Below are positions 1-7,295 of a stretch of 38,195 nt of DNA, piece after piece. The position numbers and the translations under genes were made by a program. This DNA is from Candidatus Pacearchaeota archaeon (GTDB lineage: Archaea > Nanobdellota > Nanobdellia > Pacearchaeales > GW2011-AR1), in NCBI GenBank assembly GCA_046705325.1, contig JBJKQQ010000002.1:1-38195 (forward strand). Reading direction: 5' to 3'. Within the stretch, counting starts at the first letter, position 1. Every line of letters begins with the position of its first letter. The notes beneath the pieces are model-generated. The model worked only from the letters and a program-made list of their open reading frames with translations. It was not told the origin of the DNA and made no database searches.

Positions 1-67
1 GCGACTTTCCATCTTCGCTGCAATAAGCGCTTGAGTCCTGCGCGTTTGACCCCTTCGCTACTCCTGC
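1..67 (-). tRNA. Partial class-II tRNA, Leu(CAA)-like 5' half. It appears to be interrupted by an intron after position 37 and is cut by the window edge.
   Basis: The minus strand from 67 reads GCAGGAG-TA-GCGAAGGGGTCAAACGCG-CAGGA-CTCAAG. That gives an acceptor 5' strand, a D arm laid out like the tRNA at 10299, an anticodon stem 5' strand and a loop with CAA. The complementary TCCTG strand does not follow within the window. Confidence 0.45.
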
Positions 68-124
68 ATACCTAAAAAATTAGATGAAGAGGACTTTTTA
101 AAAATATAGATTGAGAATTAAAAA

Positions 125-844
125 CTATTTTCCTGCAACTTTGGAAACCGCGCTCAAATCTTTTTCCAGGGCGGCGATCGCTCTTTTGAAGACTTCTTCA
201 ACAGGAATCTGGCCGAAAGCCTCTACAGTGATCACAAGCTCGTCTTTTGGGATTATTTCCAGCGACTTTCCTTCTTCCCTGCAGATCTCTTCGCACGCAT
301 CCGTCACATCCGTCTTGAGATTATCATAGACAATCACGCTTTTCCCCTCTTTTCTGATTTCGTTTTCTGGAAGTTTTTCCTTCAATTTATCATGAAGATC
401 CGCATCCATTTTTATCTCGGAAACGTGCCTGTAGTACATCAGTCCAGGAGAGAATTTAGAGTGTTCGCTCCCTTTTCCCGTTTTCGCAGTCGCCACAATT
501 TGCAATTCTCCCTCCGGTCCAAGGGTTGTTATTGGAATCTTGTCGTAAACGACTCCGAGCCCGCCTTCAAGCTGCCCCGAATAAACAATCCCCTCTCCTT
601 TGACTGAAAGTTTTATTTCCATTTCAGTTTTCTCCGAAACTGCTTTGTCCATCTTTAAGGGAATCAGCCCTATTCTGTGCGCAACAGTTTCATCATATAG
701 CGGAGAATCATTTTTGTAAATCTCGACTTCATCCACCGCCAGAATGGGGATCTGGTTTATGTATCTCCTTATCGCATTCGCCAAGCTGTCAGAGATGTCT
801 GCCCTGAACGTGATTTGGTTTTCTTTCTTTTCTACAGTTTCCAT
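125..844 (-). CDS. rpoD: DNA-directed RNA polymerase subunit D (Rpo3)
   Basis: 239-aa ORF with SLANAIRRYI...PILAVDEVEIYKNDSPLYDETVAHRIGLIPL. It sits in the classic archaeal S13-S4-S11-RpoD order. Confidence 0.9.
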   Translation of the reverse strand: METVEKKENQITFRADISDSLANAIRRYINQIPILAVDEVEIYKNDSPLYDETVAHRIGLIPLKMDKAVSEKTEMEIKLSVKGEGIVYSGQLEGGLGVVYDKIPITTLGPEGELQIVATAKTGKGSEHSKFSPGLMYYRHVSEIKMDADLHDKLKEKLPENEIRKEGKSVIVYDNLKTDVTDACEEICREEGKSLEIIPKDELVITVEAFGQIPVEEVFKRAIAALEKDLSAVSKVAGK

Positions 845-880
845 CTTGTTAAAAATTTTTGAACTTTTTTAAATCCTTTC

Positions 881-1396
881 TTAGACTCTTCTCCCGCGCC
901 TTCCGCCCTTCTTCTTTGGGCCTCCGCGCGGCGAGCGCGTGACGTCGAGGATATTGAGTATCCTGAAACCTGATCTTGTCAGGCTCTTTATGATTGCGTG
1001 AGCTCCCGGCCCCGGCGTGTTGTTTCCGGTCTTTGCCCGTATTCTCACGTAAAGTGACTTTACTCCGAGCGGAGCTAGCTCTTCCGCGACGCGTTTAGCA
1101 ATGAACATCGCGATTGTCGGATTAGCCTTCAGTCTCGAATGCTTCGTAACCATTCCGCCGGTGACCTTTGACAAGGTTCTTCCGGACGCGTCTGTAACAT
1201 GAACAATTGTGTTATTGAAAGAAGTGTAAATATGGAGCACTGCCTCGAGCTCCTTTTTCTTTTTTTCATGCCTCTCTTCTTCAGATTCTTTCTTTGCAAT
1301 CCTCTTTTCCTTCTCCGATTCTTCAACAAGTCCTTCTTCAGCCTCTTCCAGCTGTTTTTCCTCGACGGCTTCTTCGCTCTTAGTTTGCGATTTCAT
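881..1396 (-). CDS. rps11: 30S ribosomal protein uS11 with a roughly 45-aa acidic/lysine-rich N-terminal extension
   Basis: The C-terminal two thirds read HIYTSFNNTIVHVTD...GPGAHAIIKSLTRSGFRILNILDVT..PRGGPKKKGGRRGRRV. Synteny with S4 and RpoD supports the call. Confidence 0.92.
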   Translation of the reverse strand: MKSQTKSEEAVEEKQLEEAEEGLVEESEKEKRIAKKESEEERHEKKKKELEAVLHIYTSFNNTIVHVTDASGRTLSKVTGGMVTKHSRLKANPTIAMFIAKRVAEELAPLGVKSLYVRIRAKTGNNTPGPGAHAIIKSLTRSGFRILNILDVTRSPRGGPKKKGGRRGRRV

Positions 1397-1937
1397 TTTC
1401 TATTTCCTTTTTATTTTCTTGCTCCGAAGGAACTTCTTCAGGGCTTTCTACAGACGTTTCCTCCACAACGGGTGCTGCAGGTTGTTTAATTTTTCTTTTC
1501 TTCGCAGAAATTTTATCTTCAAGCTCGACCGGAACAACATAAGCGGGGCTGTTCACGATTCCGCCATTCACTATCACCTTTTTGTGAGTTATCATCTGTC
1601 TTGCCGCCTTTACCGTCGGCGCGAGGTTCTTGTTTGCGACGACCGTCTGGAGCCTTCTCCCAAGATAATCTTCTTTTGTCAATGAAAGAACATCCGCGAT
1701 GCTGTGGACGTTAAGGCCGATTTTGTTCAGCCTTTCGAAGAACGCGCTCTTTTCTTCCCCGCTCGCCGAAATGAGGTTCTTCGCTTTTCCCCTCATGGAA
1801 TCGACTTTTGCCTGCGCTTTCCAGATTTCTCTTTTGTTTTTCAGCCCGAACTTCTTCACTATTTGCACTTCTTCCTCGATCCTCGGCTTGTCGTAAAGTT
1901 TCTTCGGCTGCGAATATAATTTATGCTTTCTCTTCAT
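1380..1937 (-). CDS. rps4: 30S ribosomal protein uS4 with an acidic C-terminal tail
   Basis: N-terminus KRKHKLYSQPKKLYDKPRIEEE..KFGLKNKREIWKA and an S4 domain. It overlaps the rps11 start by 17 nt. Confidence 0.9.
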   Translation of the reverse strand: MKRKHKLYSQPKKLYDKPRIEEEVQIVKKFGLKNKREIWKAQAKVDSMRGKAKNLISASGEEKSAFFERLNKIGLNVHSIADVLSLTKEDYLGRRLQTVVANKNLAPTVKAARQMITHKKVIVNGGIVNSPAYVVPVELEDKISAKKRKIKQPAAPVVEETSVESPEEVPSEQENKKEIENEIAN

Positions 1938-2413
1938 TTTTTGCCTCCTTCGGGCTTATTCTTCTTCTTGATTCCGACGCCCTTGGCCCTGTGCTTCCTG
2001 AAATTCCCTTTTGTCCTTTGTCCCCTCATTGGAAGCCCGAGAGTGTGCCTGATTCCGCGATAACTTTTGATTTGCTTGAGCCTTTTGATGTCGAATTCTT
2101 TTGCCAGCTCCAGGTCAACCCCGACAAAGTGTTTGTCTTCTCCGCTTTCCCTGTCTTTTTGCCTGTTAAGCACGTAAACCGGAACTTTCGGATTTTTCGC
2201 GAACTCTGAAATCTTCTTGATTTCTTCGTCGGTGAGCGAGCTTATCTTTCTTTTTTTGTCTATCCCCAGCATGCGGCAGATTGCGTTCGAGTACGCCCAT
2301 GAGATTCCCTTTATCGTCGCGAGCCCGGAATAAATCGTCATGCCTCCTTCTATGTCTTTGGATAAAATTCTTATGATTCTTTCCGTTTTTTGCTGTTGTT
2401 TCTGTTCTGCCAT
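1934..2413 (-). CDS. rps13: 30S ribosomal protein uS13
   Basis: RILSKDIEG...IKGISWAYSNAICR...YRGIRHTLGLPMRGQRTK. There is a 4-nt overlap with rps4. Confidence 0.9.
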   Translation of the reverse strand: MAEQKQQQKTERIIRILSKDIEGGMTIYSGLATIKGISWAYSNAICRMLGIDKKRKISSLTDEEIKKISEFAKNPKVPVYVLNRQKDRESGEDKHFVGVDLELAKEFDIKRLKQIKSYRGIRHTLGLPMRGQRTKGNFRKHRAKGVGIKKKNKPEGGKK

Positions 2414-2419
2414 CTTGCT

Positions 2420-2956
2420 TTATTTAACAAAAAGGTTGTATCTTTCACGATCAACCAACTCTTTAAAAATTCTTCTCTCCACCGCTTTCTGCGGGTCGGG
2501 AAGATTCGGGATTCTTTTCCTTATGTCCTCGAAAGATTCGAAAGGCTTTTCCTGCCTTTGCTTGAGGATGTCATTCATGTGCTTTTTTCCGAGGCCGGGA
2601 AGAAATTCGATTTGGTGAACTCTCTTGTTTATCGCTTCGGCCTTGTTGAAAAAATCAACGAATTCGCTTTCCCTTTCCTTAACTGCCTTCTTTATAAATT
2701 CTTCCAATTGGGCTTTTCCGGATTCGGTCAGCTTTTCTCTCGGAAGCCTGCCGGAGATGTAATAGACCTTGTCTCTCTTGCCTTCGCCGATGTAAACTTC
2801 TTCTCCGATTTCGAATGAAACTCCCCTTCGGGGAATCAGCTCTAAAAGAACGAGATTTTTCTTACCTATGGCCTGGACTACGGGAATCATTTTCTTTTCC
2901 AGAGGATATCCGTTCGGCAAGTAATCCAGCACTATTGCATATTCTTCTTTTTCCAT
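2420..2956 (-). CDS. Archaeal DUF655-type predicted nucleic-acid-binding protein (OB fold plus helix-hairpin-helix)
   Basis: EEYAIVLDYLPNGYP...LLELIPRRG at the N-terminus and FLPGLGKKHMNDILKQR (HhH-like) at the C-terminus. It occupies the usual position next to rpoF. Confidence 0.6.
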   Translation of the reverse strand: MEKEEYAIVLDYLPNGYPLEKKMIPVVQAIGKKNLVLLELIPRRGVSFEIGEEVYIGEGKRDKVYYISGRLPREKLTESGKAQLEEFIKKAVKERESEFVDFFNKAEAINKRVHQIEFLPGLGKKHMNDILKQRQEKPFESFEDIRKRIPNLPDPQKAVERRIFKELVDRERYNLFVK

Positions 2957-2961
2957 TTTCC

Positions 2962-3267
2962 TTATTTGGCAAATTGTTTAACTGCGTCGAGCACCTTTTG
3001 AGTTTCATTTTCGTCCAAACCGACATCAACAAAAATTTTATTTAAGTCTTCTGCATTGTCGGGCATCACATCTATGATTTTGGATATGCTGTCCGATTTC
3101 AATTTCATGAGTCCGAAGTCTTCGAGCTGTTTTCTCAATTCTTTCGCTTTTTTCGCGTCGATTGCCGAAAACTTTTTTATGAATTTTCCAAGCTCGGCCG
3201 CGTTTTCATCGCCCTTGATGAACTCCGCCGCTTCCGCCATGCTCAAAGATTTTCTTTCGATTATCAT
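2962..3267 (-). CDS. rpoF: RNA polymerase subunit F (Rpo4)-like
   Basis: 101 aa with LSMAEAAEFI, AKKAKELRKQLEDF and KIIDVMPDNAEDLNKIF, matching the Rpo4 helical layout. It lies between L21e and DUF655, as in many archaea. Confidence 0.6.
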   Translation of the reverse strand: MIIERKSLSMAEAAEFIKGDENAAELGKFIKKFSAIDAKKAKELRKQLEDFGLMKLKSDSISKIIDVMPDNAEDLNKIFVDVGLDENETQKVLDAVKQFAK

Positions 3268-3518
3268 TGTTTTATCCTTTTCAGGTGAACCGGCTCAATC
3301 AGAAACTGCTTCGCCTTGTTCTGCGTTTTTATTTCAACTATGTAAGATTTTCCGCGCTTGTCTTTCACGGTTCCGGTAAGCCCCTGAATCCTCAATGGAA
3401 ACTTCGAGCTAACCGAAGGCTCTTTGACTACAGCGACGGGTTCCCCTTCCCTGAACTCCTGAAAAATTCTGTTGAGTCCCGGCCTGGCTTTGCTTTCTAT
3501 CCTTTTGCTCTTGCTCAT
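3264..3518 (-). CDS. rpl21e: 50S ribosomal protein eL21
   Basis: 84 aa with FREGEPVAVVKEPSV...FPLRIQGLTGTV..KRGKSYIVEI...K.FLIEPVHLKRI. Confidence 0.8.
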   Translation of the reverse strand: MSKSKRIESKARPGLNRIFQEFREGEPVAVVKEPSVSSKFPLRIQGLTGTVKDKRGKSYIVEIKTQNKAKQFLIEPVHLKRIKQ

Positions 3519-3575
3519 AATTTACCGAGAAATATGTTCTTTAAAAAGCTATTTGTTTTGCGAAAATCTTTGCGC

Positions 3576-3773
3576 TTACATGAATTTTCTGTCGGTGCCG
3601 TCAAGCAAATCCGGCCTCATGTTCTCGAGGTTTCCCTTGTCTCTGGCTTCGTCTGTCGTCTTCTTTATCGCGTCGAACATTTTCTTTCCCCAGACCTTCT
3701 CGCCGCAGCGGTCGCAGATTTCCATGGACCTGTCGTCGAGCAAATCCGAATTGCAGTAAACGCATCGCCTCAT
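3576..3773 (-). CDS. Small zinc-ribbon protein, function unknown
   Basis: 65 aa with CxxC (CVYC) and CxxC (CDRC) pairs. A TATA-like CTTTAAAAAG lies about 35-40 nt upstream on the minus strand. Confidence 0.5.
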   Translation of the reverse strand: MRRCVYCNSDLLDDRSMEICDRCGEKVWGKKMFDAIKKTTDEARDKGNLENMRPDLLDGTDRKFM

Positions 3774-3826
3774 TTTTTCACCTAACTTTGCTGAAGCAGG
3801 AAATTCTTTTTAAAGATTTGTATTGT

Positions 3827-3835
3827 TTCGTGATA
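3827..3835. repeat. Left copy of the 9-bp target-site duplication TTCGTGATA
   Basis: Identical 9-mer in direct orientation at 9186-9194, immediately outside the terminal inverted repeats. Confidence 0.8.
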
Positions 3836-3852
3836 GGCTTTGTAAATTAAGT
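3836..3852. repeat. Left terminal inverted repeat (17 bp)
   Basis: GGCTTTGTAAATTAAGT, a perfect reverse complement of 9169-9185. Confidence 0.85.
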
Positions 3853-3884
3853 CCTGATTTGGGCTGACTTTTTTTACAGAAAAC

Positions 3885-5297
3885 TTAGTCTTTCCTTAAT
3901 ATTTCCTGCATAAAAATATCACTACTTTTAGCCCTTAGTTCTTCGGCTTCTTTTATCAGAGTTTTTGCCTTTTTATAATCTTGATTAACCAGACTTATTA
4001 TCTTTTCTTGTGTTGTGATATTAGGCAGGGGAATTAAGGTATCGTAAAGTTCAGGGTCTCCTATCCTATCTCTTGAAGAACCTCTAATTGAATATTCCCA
4101 CTGCCTTAGGACATAAGGCGTTCTCAAAATAATCCAGAGATATTCGGGCAAAATTTTTTCAGAAACTATTTTCACAGGAATTAACTCTCCACTCCCTAAA
4201 AATCCATCTGTTTTTTCATCAACAATTATTATTTTTCCTTTTTCAGGTTGTAATCTTGAAATCAGTAATTCACCTTTCCTGAATACAACTTTGTCGCTCC
4301 CCAAAACAGGAACTTCTTTGATATTCTTTACTTCTCCAAAGTTTTCGTCTATGTCATATAATTCAACAAGGTCATAAAAGGGCTTTGGGGAAATCTCTCC
4401 TTTTTTTTGTATCTCAATAAGCTTTTCAAGAACTTCATAATCTCTTTTTTCTACTATGCCTCTTATCTTTTCTCTAAAAGGGCTATTAAATAAAGCGTCT
4501 ATTCTATCCAAATCAAGAGCGGAAGAATAGGTATTGAATTTTGATTTTTCTGGTAACTCTTCAAGTCCTAAAATTTTTCCTATCTTTTCATCTAATGCAA
4601 AGATTGTTTTTTGGCTTTCTTTTTTCTTGCTTTCAATATCTCTCTCAAGTTCTTCTATCTTCCTTATCGTCTCTCGCTGTTTGCTCAAACTTATCTCGCT
4701 GTCTGAGACAGGCAAAGAAATTTCAATCTCTCTGCAATTCTTGAGACTTAATTTATACTGCAAAGAACCGACAGCTAATCTGCTCGTCTGCATTTTACAA
4801 AAAGAAGTATTAAGCATATGAACTAAAAATTGAGTATCAATCTCATCCGTCTTTTTTCTTATCCTCGCAACATTTTCACTGAAAGCATTTTCTTGAAGAG
4901 GGGAATTAACAATTCCAACCTCTCCAATAGTCCCGACAATCGTAATAACTAAATCATCCTTTTTTAGATTGTAATTTTTTATTTGGGTATAGATTTCAGG
5001 ATTTATCTTCTTGCAGTCCTCAAAATCTATTCCCCCATCTTTCACGTCAGTAGCACTGATGTAAGGAATAGTGGTAAGCTCTGATTGTATCACAACCAAA
5101 CCTTTAGGCAATCTCTTCCCCCCGCTTACTCTTGCAACTCTTTCATCGCCTAAAGGTAATAATTCATTATTTTTGTTAGATAACTTCTTCCTTATGTTTT
5201 GAATTTTCCTTAGAAGGTATGGGCTATTAAATAAAGCGTCCAATCTTTCTGTCTTGTCATCTGTCAAGTCAAGAGAATAAAAATTTTCTTCATTCAT
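3885..5297 (-). CDS. hsdS: Restriction-modification specificity subunit (HsdS-like, two target-recognition halves)
   Basis: 470 aa. Each half opens with a (L/I)DALFNSP(Y/F) conserved segment (about residues 19-26 and 265-272). The two divergent TRD-like halves are separated by a charged, apparently helical spacer (residues ~205-225, KQRETIRKIEELERDIESKKKE). It overlaps the upstream MTase gene by 8 nt. Confidence 0.8.
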   Translation of the reverse strand: MNEENFYSLDLTDDKTERLDALFNSPYLLRKIQNIRKKLSNKNNELLPLGDERVARVSGGKRLPKGLVVIQSELTTIPYISATDVKDGGIDFEDCKKINPEIYTQIKNYNLKKDDLVITIVGTIGEVGIVNSPLQENAFSENVARIRKKTDEIDTQFLVHMLNTSFCKMQTSRLAVGSLQYKLSLKNCREIEISLPVSDSEISLSKQRETIRKIEELERDIESKKKESQKTIFALDEKIGKILGLEELPEKSKFNTYSSALDLDRIDALFNSPFREKIRGIVEKRDYEVLEKLIEIQKKGEISPKPFYDLVELYDIDENFGEVKNIKEVPVLGSDKVVFRKGELLISRLQPEKGKIIIVDEKTDGFLGSGELIPVKIVSEKILPEYLWIILRTPYVLRQWEYSIRGSSRDRIGDPELYDTLIPLPNITTQEKIISLVNQDYKKAKTLIKEAEELRAKSSDIFMQEILRKD

Positions 5298-7200
5298 TTC
5301 CTTTCAAAAATTCTTCATATTTATCATAAATCTTGGGTAAGTCATTAAGCTCCATAGTTTCTTTTCCTGCGTCATTATGCCCGACATTCTCGCTTATAGC
5401 CATAAAGACTTTTCCTTGTGTGTCTTTTGCTGATTTCTTTATTAAGTAAAGTATAGATGTTTTAACTCCTGCGTCTGCATTAACGAAAGTATTTTTAGGC
5501 AGGGAAATTATTGCCTTGATGATAAAATGATTTCTCAACCAATCTCTAAATCTTTTATATTCGTCTCCTTGTCCGTCTGCATTAAGGACGCTCTCGTCAA
5601 TTATTGTTATCAATTTTCCGCCTTCTTTCAGCAAATCAAAATATCTTTCAATAAACATAACATTTGATTTCAGGGAACGTATCTTATCCGAGTTTTCTCT
5701 TCCTTGAGGATATGCTAAATCGTATTGAGGCAAAATTCTTTTGTCATAATTATCCGACATTTTATATTTCATGCTGAAAGGGGGATTAGTCATAACAATA
5801 TCAAACCTCTTCTTTTCAAATAATTCTTTCAGTTCTTCTAATTCTTCTTTCCTCTCATCATTTAACCCTTTTGGAATTTCTACCTCTTTATCCAAAGTAT
5901 CTGCTAAAAATATATGGCTTCCCCCGTCTCCATGAAGATACATATTCATGCGGGCAATAGGAATAATCTTGTCCTCGCTTTTGTCAATCCCGAAAAGGCA
6001 TTTCTCCTTTATTTTCTTTTTTAGAACATCTTGATTAGTCTTGCAGTTCTTAGCTTTGTTTATCAAATCGCTAAGGGCAAAAATTAGGAAACCACCCGAA
6101 CCACAGCAACCATCTAAAATTAATGGCGGTTCGTAATCTTCTTTTTCCTTGTTATATTTTATCTGCAAGTTAGCTAACTTAGTCATAAATTTAACAACAG
6201 GTCTCGGAGTGAAGAACATTCCCAACTCTTTCCCCCTTATCACCGCACTCAAAAAAGTTTCAAAAACACGCCCGTTAATGTCATCCTCAACGCTCTTTAA
6301 GTCAAGATTTTCTATAAGCTTGGTTATCTCAATCGTGGTTTCTGTTTGCAATCCCAATTCTTCATTATCTTCAAAAATTCTTTTCTTCTCTTTTCTCTGG
6401 ACTTTTTTGTTTAATTCATCTCTGTATTGTTTGAACAGAACGTCCATCGGGTTTGCTTGTCTCTTGCTTAATTCTCTAATCCTATCAACAGAAAAGAATA
6501 CTTCTTCTTTAGGGATTGGCTTGTCTTTTTCTATTAACTCGTGAATTTTAGCGTCCTCATTTATCTTAACAAATAATAATTTAGTAAATCTGTAAAATGC
6601 TTCTTGAGGAGAAAGATTGTGTTTTTTCCAAATCAGATAATGGCACTGCTGGAAAATTCCCTTAAGCTCATCTATATCTGGTTGTCTGAACTCAAAGATT
6701 TCATCCTCTTTGCCTTTTATGTTTTCTCTTAATGAATTGTAAGAATAAACCTCTTTCAGTTTTTCATATTTCTTATTTCCGTCAATAAAATCTGAAAAAC
6801 TTAATTCAAGCACTGGTTTGTTTTCATCAAGTCTTAACAGGCAGGTTTTTATTCCGTTGCTAACCAAACAATAAGTTATTGGATTTGTCCCGATATACCC
6901 TCTGTTTATTATCTCTGAATAATCTTGTGCTTCATGGAAAAAGTCTTGGACTTCTAAATCAGGATGTTTTGCCTCAACAACAGAAATGATTATCCGATTG
7001 CTTCTCAAAGCATAATCGGGTCTATGTTCTGTTTTCTTCGCTCCTTTTCCGATTAGATATTTTGGTATTAAATGCTTTGTCTGAATATTTGTGTCCTTGT
7101 ATCCTAAATCCTTTAACAACCTGTCAATAAAGAAATGTTCAACGTCGCTCTCGTTTCTCAATACACTTCTCTCGCAGAATTTGTTTTTTTCTGCAACCAT
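5290..7200 (-). CDS. Gamma-class N6-adenine DNA methyltransferase (HsdM-like) fused to an N-terminal HSDR_N/PD-(D/E)xK-like domain
   Basis: Motif I LDGCCGSGGFL precedes motif IV VMTNPPF. The N-terminal roughly 100 aa contain HRPDYAL...ISVVEAKHP (PD...ExK pattern). Confidence 0.8.
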   Translation of the reverse strand: MVAEKNKFCERSVLRNESDVEHFFIDRLLKDLGYKDTNIQTKHLIPKYLIGKGAKKTEHRPDYALRSNRIIISVVEAKHPDLEVQDFFHEAQDYSEIINRGYIGTNPITYCLVSNGIKTCLLRLDENKPVLELSFSDFIDGNKKYEKLKEVYSYNSLRENIKGKEDEIFEFRQPDIDELKGIFQQCHYLIWKKHNLSPQEAFYRFTKLLFVKINEDAKIHELIEKDKPIPKEEVFFSVDRIRELSKRQANPMDVLFKQYRDELNKKVQRKEKKRIFEDNEELGLQTETTIEITKLIENLDLKSVEDDINGRVFETFLSAVIRGKELGMFFTPRPVVKFMTKLANLQIKYNKEKEDYEPPLILDGCCGSGGFLIFALSDLINKAKNCKTNQDVLKKKIKEKCLFGIDKSEDKIIPIARMNMYLHGDGGSHIFLADTLDKEVEIPKGLNDERKEELEELKELFEKKRFDIVMTNPPFSMKYKMSDNYDKRILPQYDLAYPQGRENSDKIRSLKSNVMFIERYFDLLKEGGKLITIIDESVLNADGQGDEYKRFRDWLRNHFIIKAIISLPKNTFVNADAGVKTSILYLIKKSAKDTQGKVFMAISENVGHNDAGKETMELNDLPKIYDKYEEFLKGNE

Positions 7201-7233
7201 AGAGTTTAAATACGTTTCGCATATTTAAACTCT
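7201..7233. promoter_or_regulatory. Palindromic promoter/operator of the MTase-S operon
   Basis: AGAGTTTAAATA-9 nt-TATTTAAACTCT forms perfect 12-bp inverted arms, each containing TTTAAATA. The minus-strand TATA (7229-7222) is centred about 25 nt from the MTase ATG (7200). Confidence 0.6.
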
Positions 7234-7295
7234 TCGTTTTTAAGCTTTTCCCGATTAGTTACGTCGCAGGCGTAACAGAATTCCCATTTTCATTC

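Noticed and set aside
7258-7276. A small hairpin, GTTACG-tcgcagg-CGTAAC, just after the transposase stop
   Set aside because: It has only a 6-bp stem. Archaeal termination relies mainly on oligo-T runs. It was not developed further.
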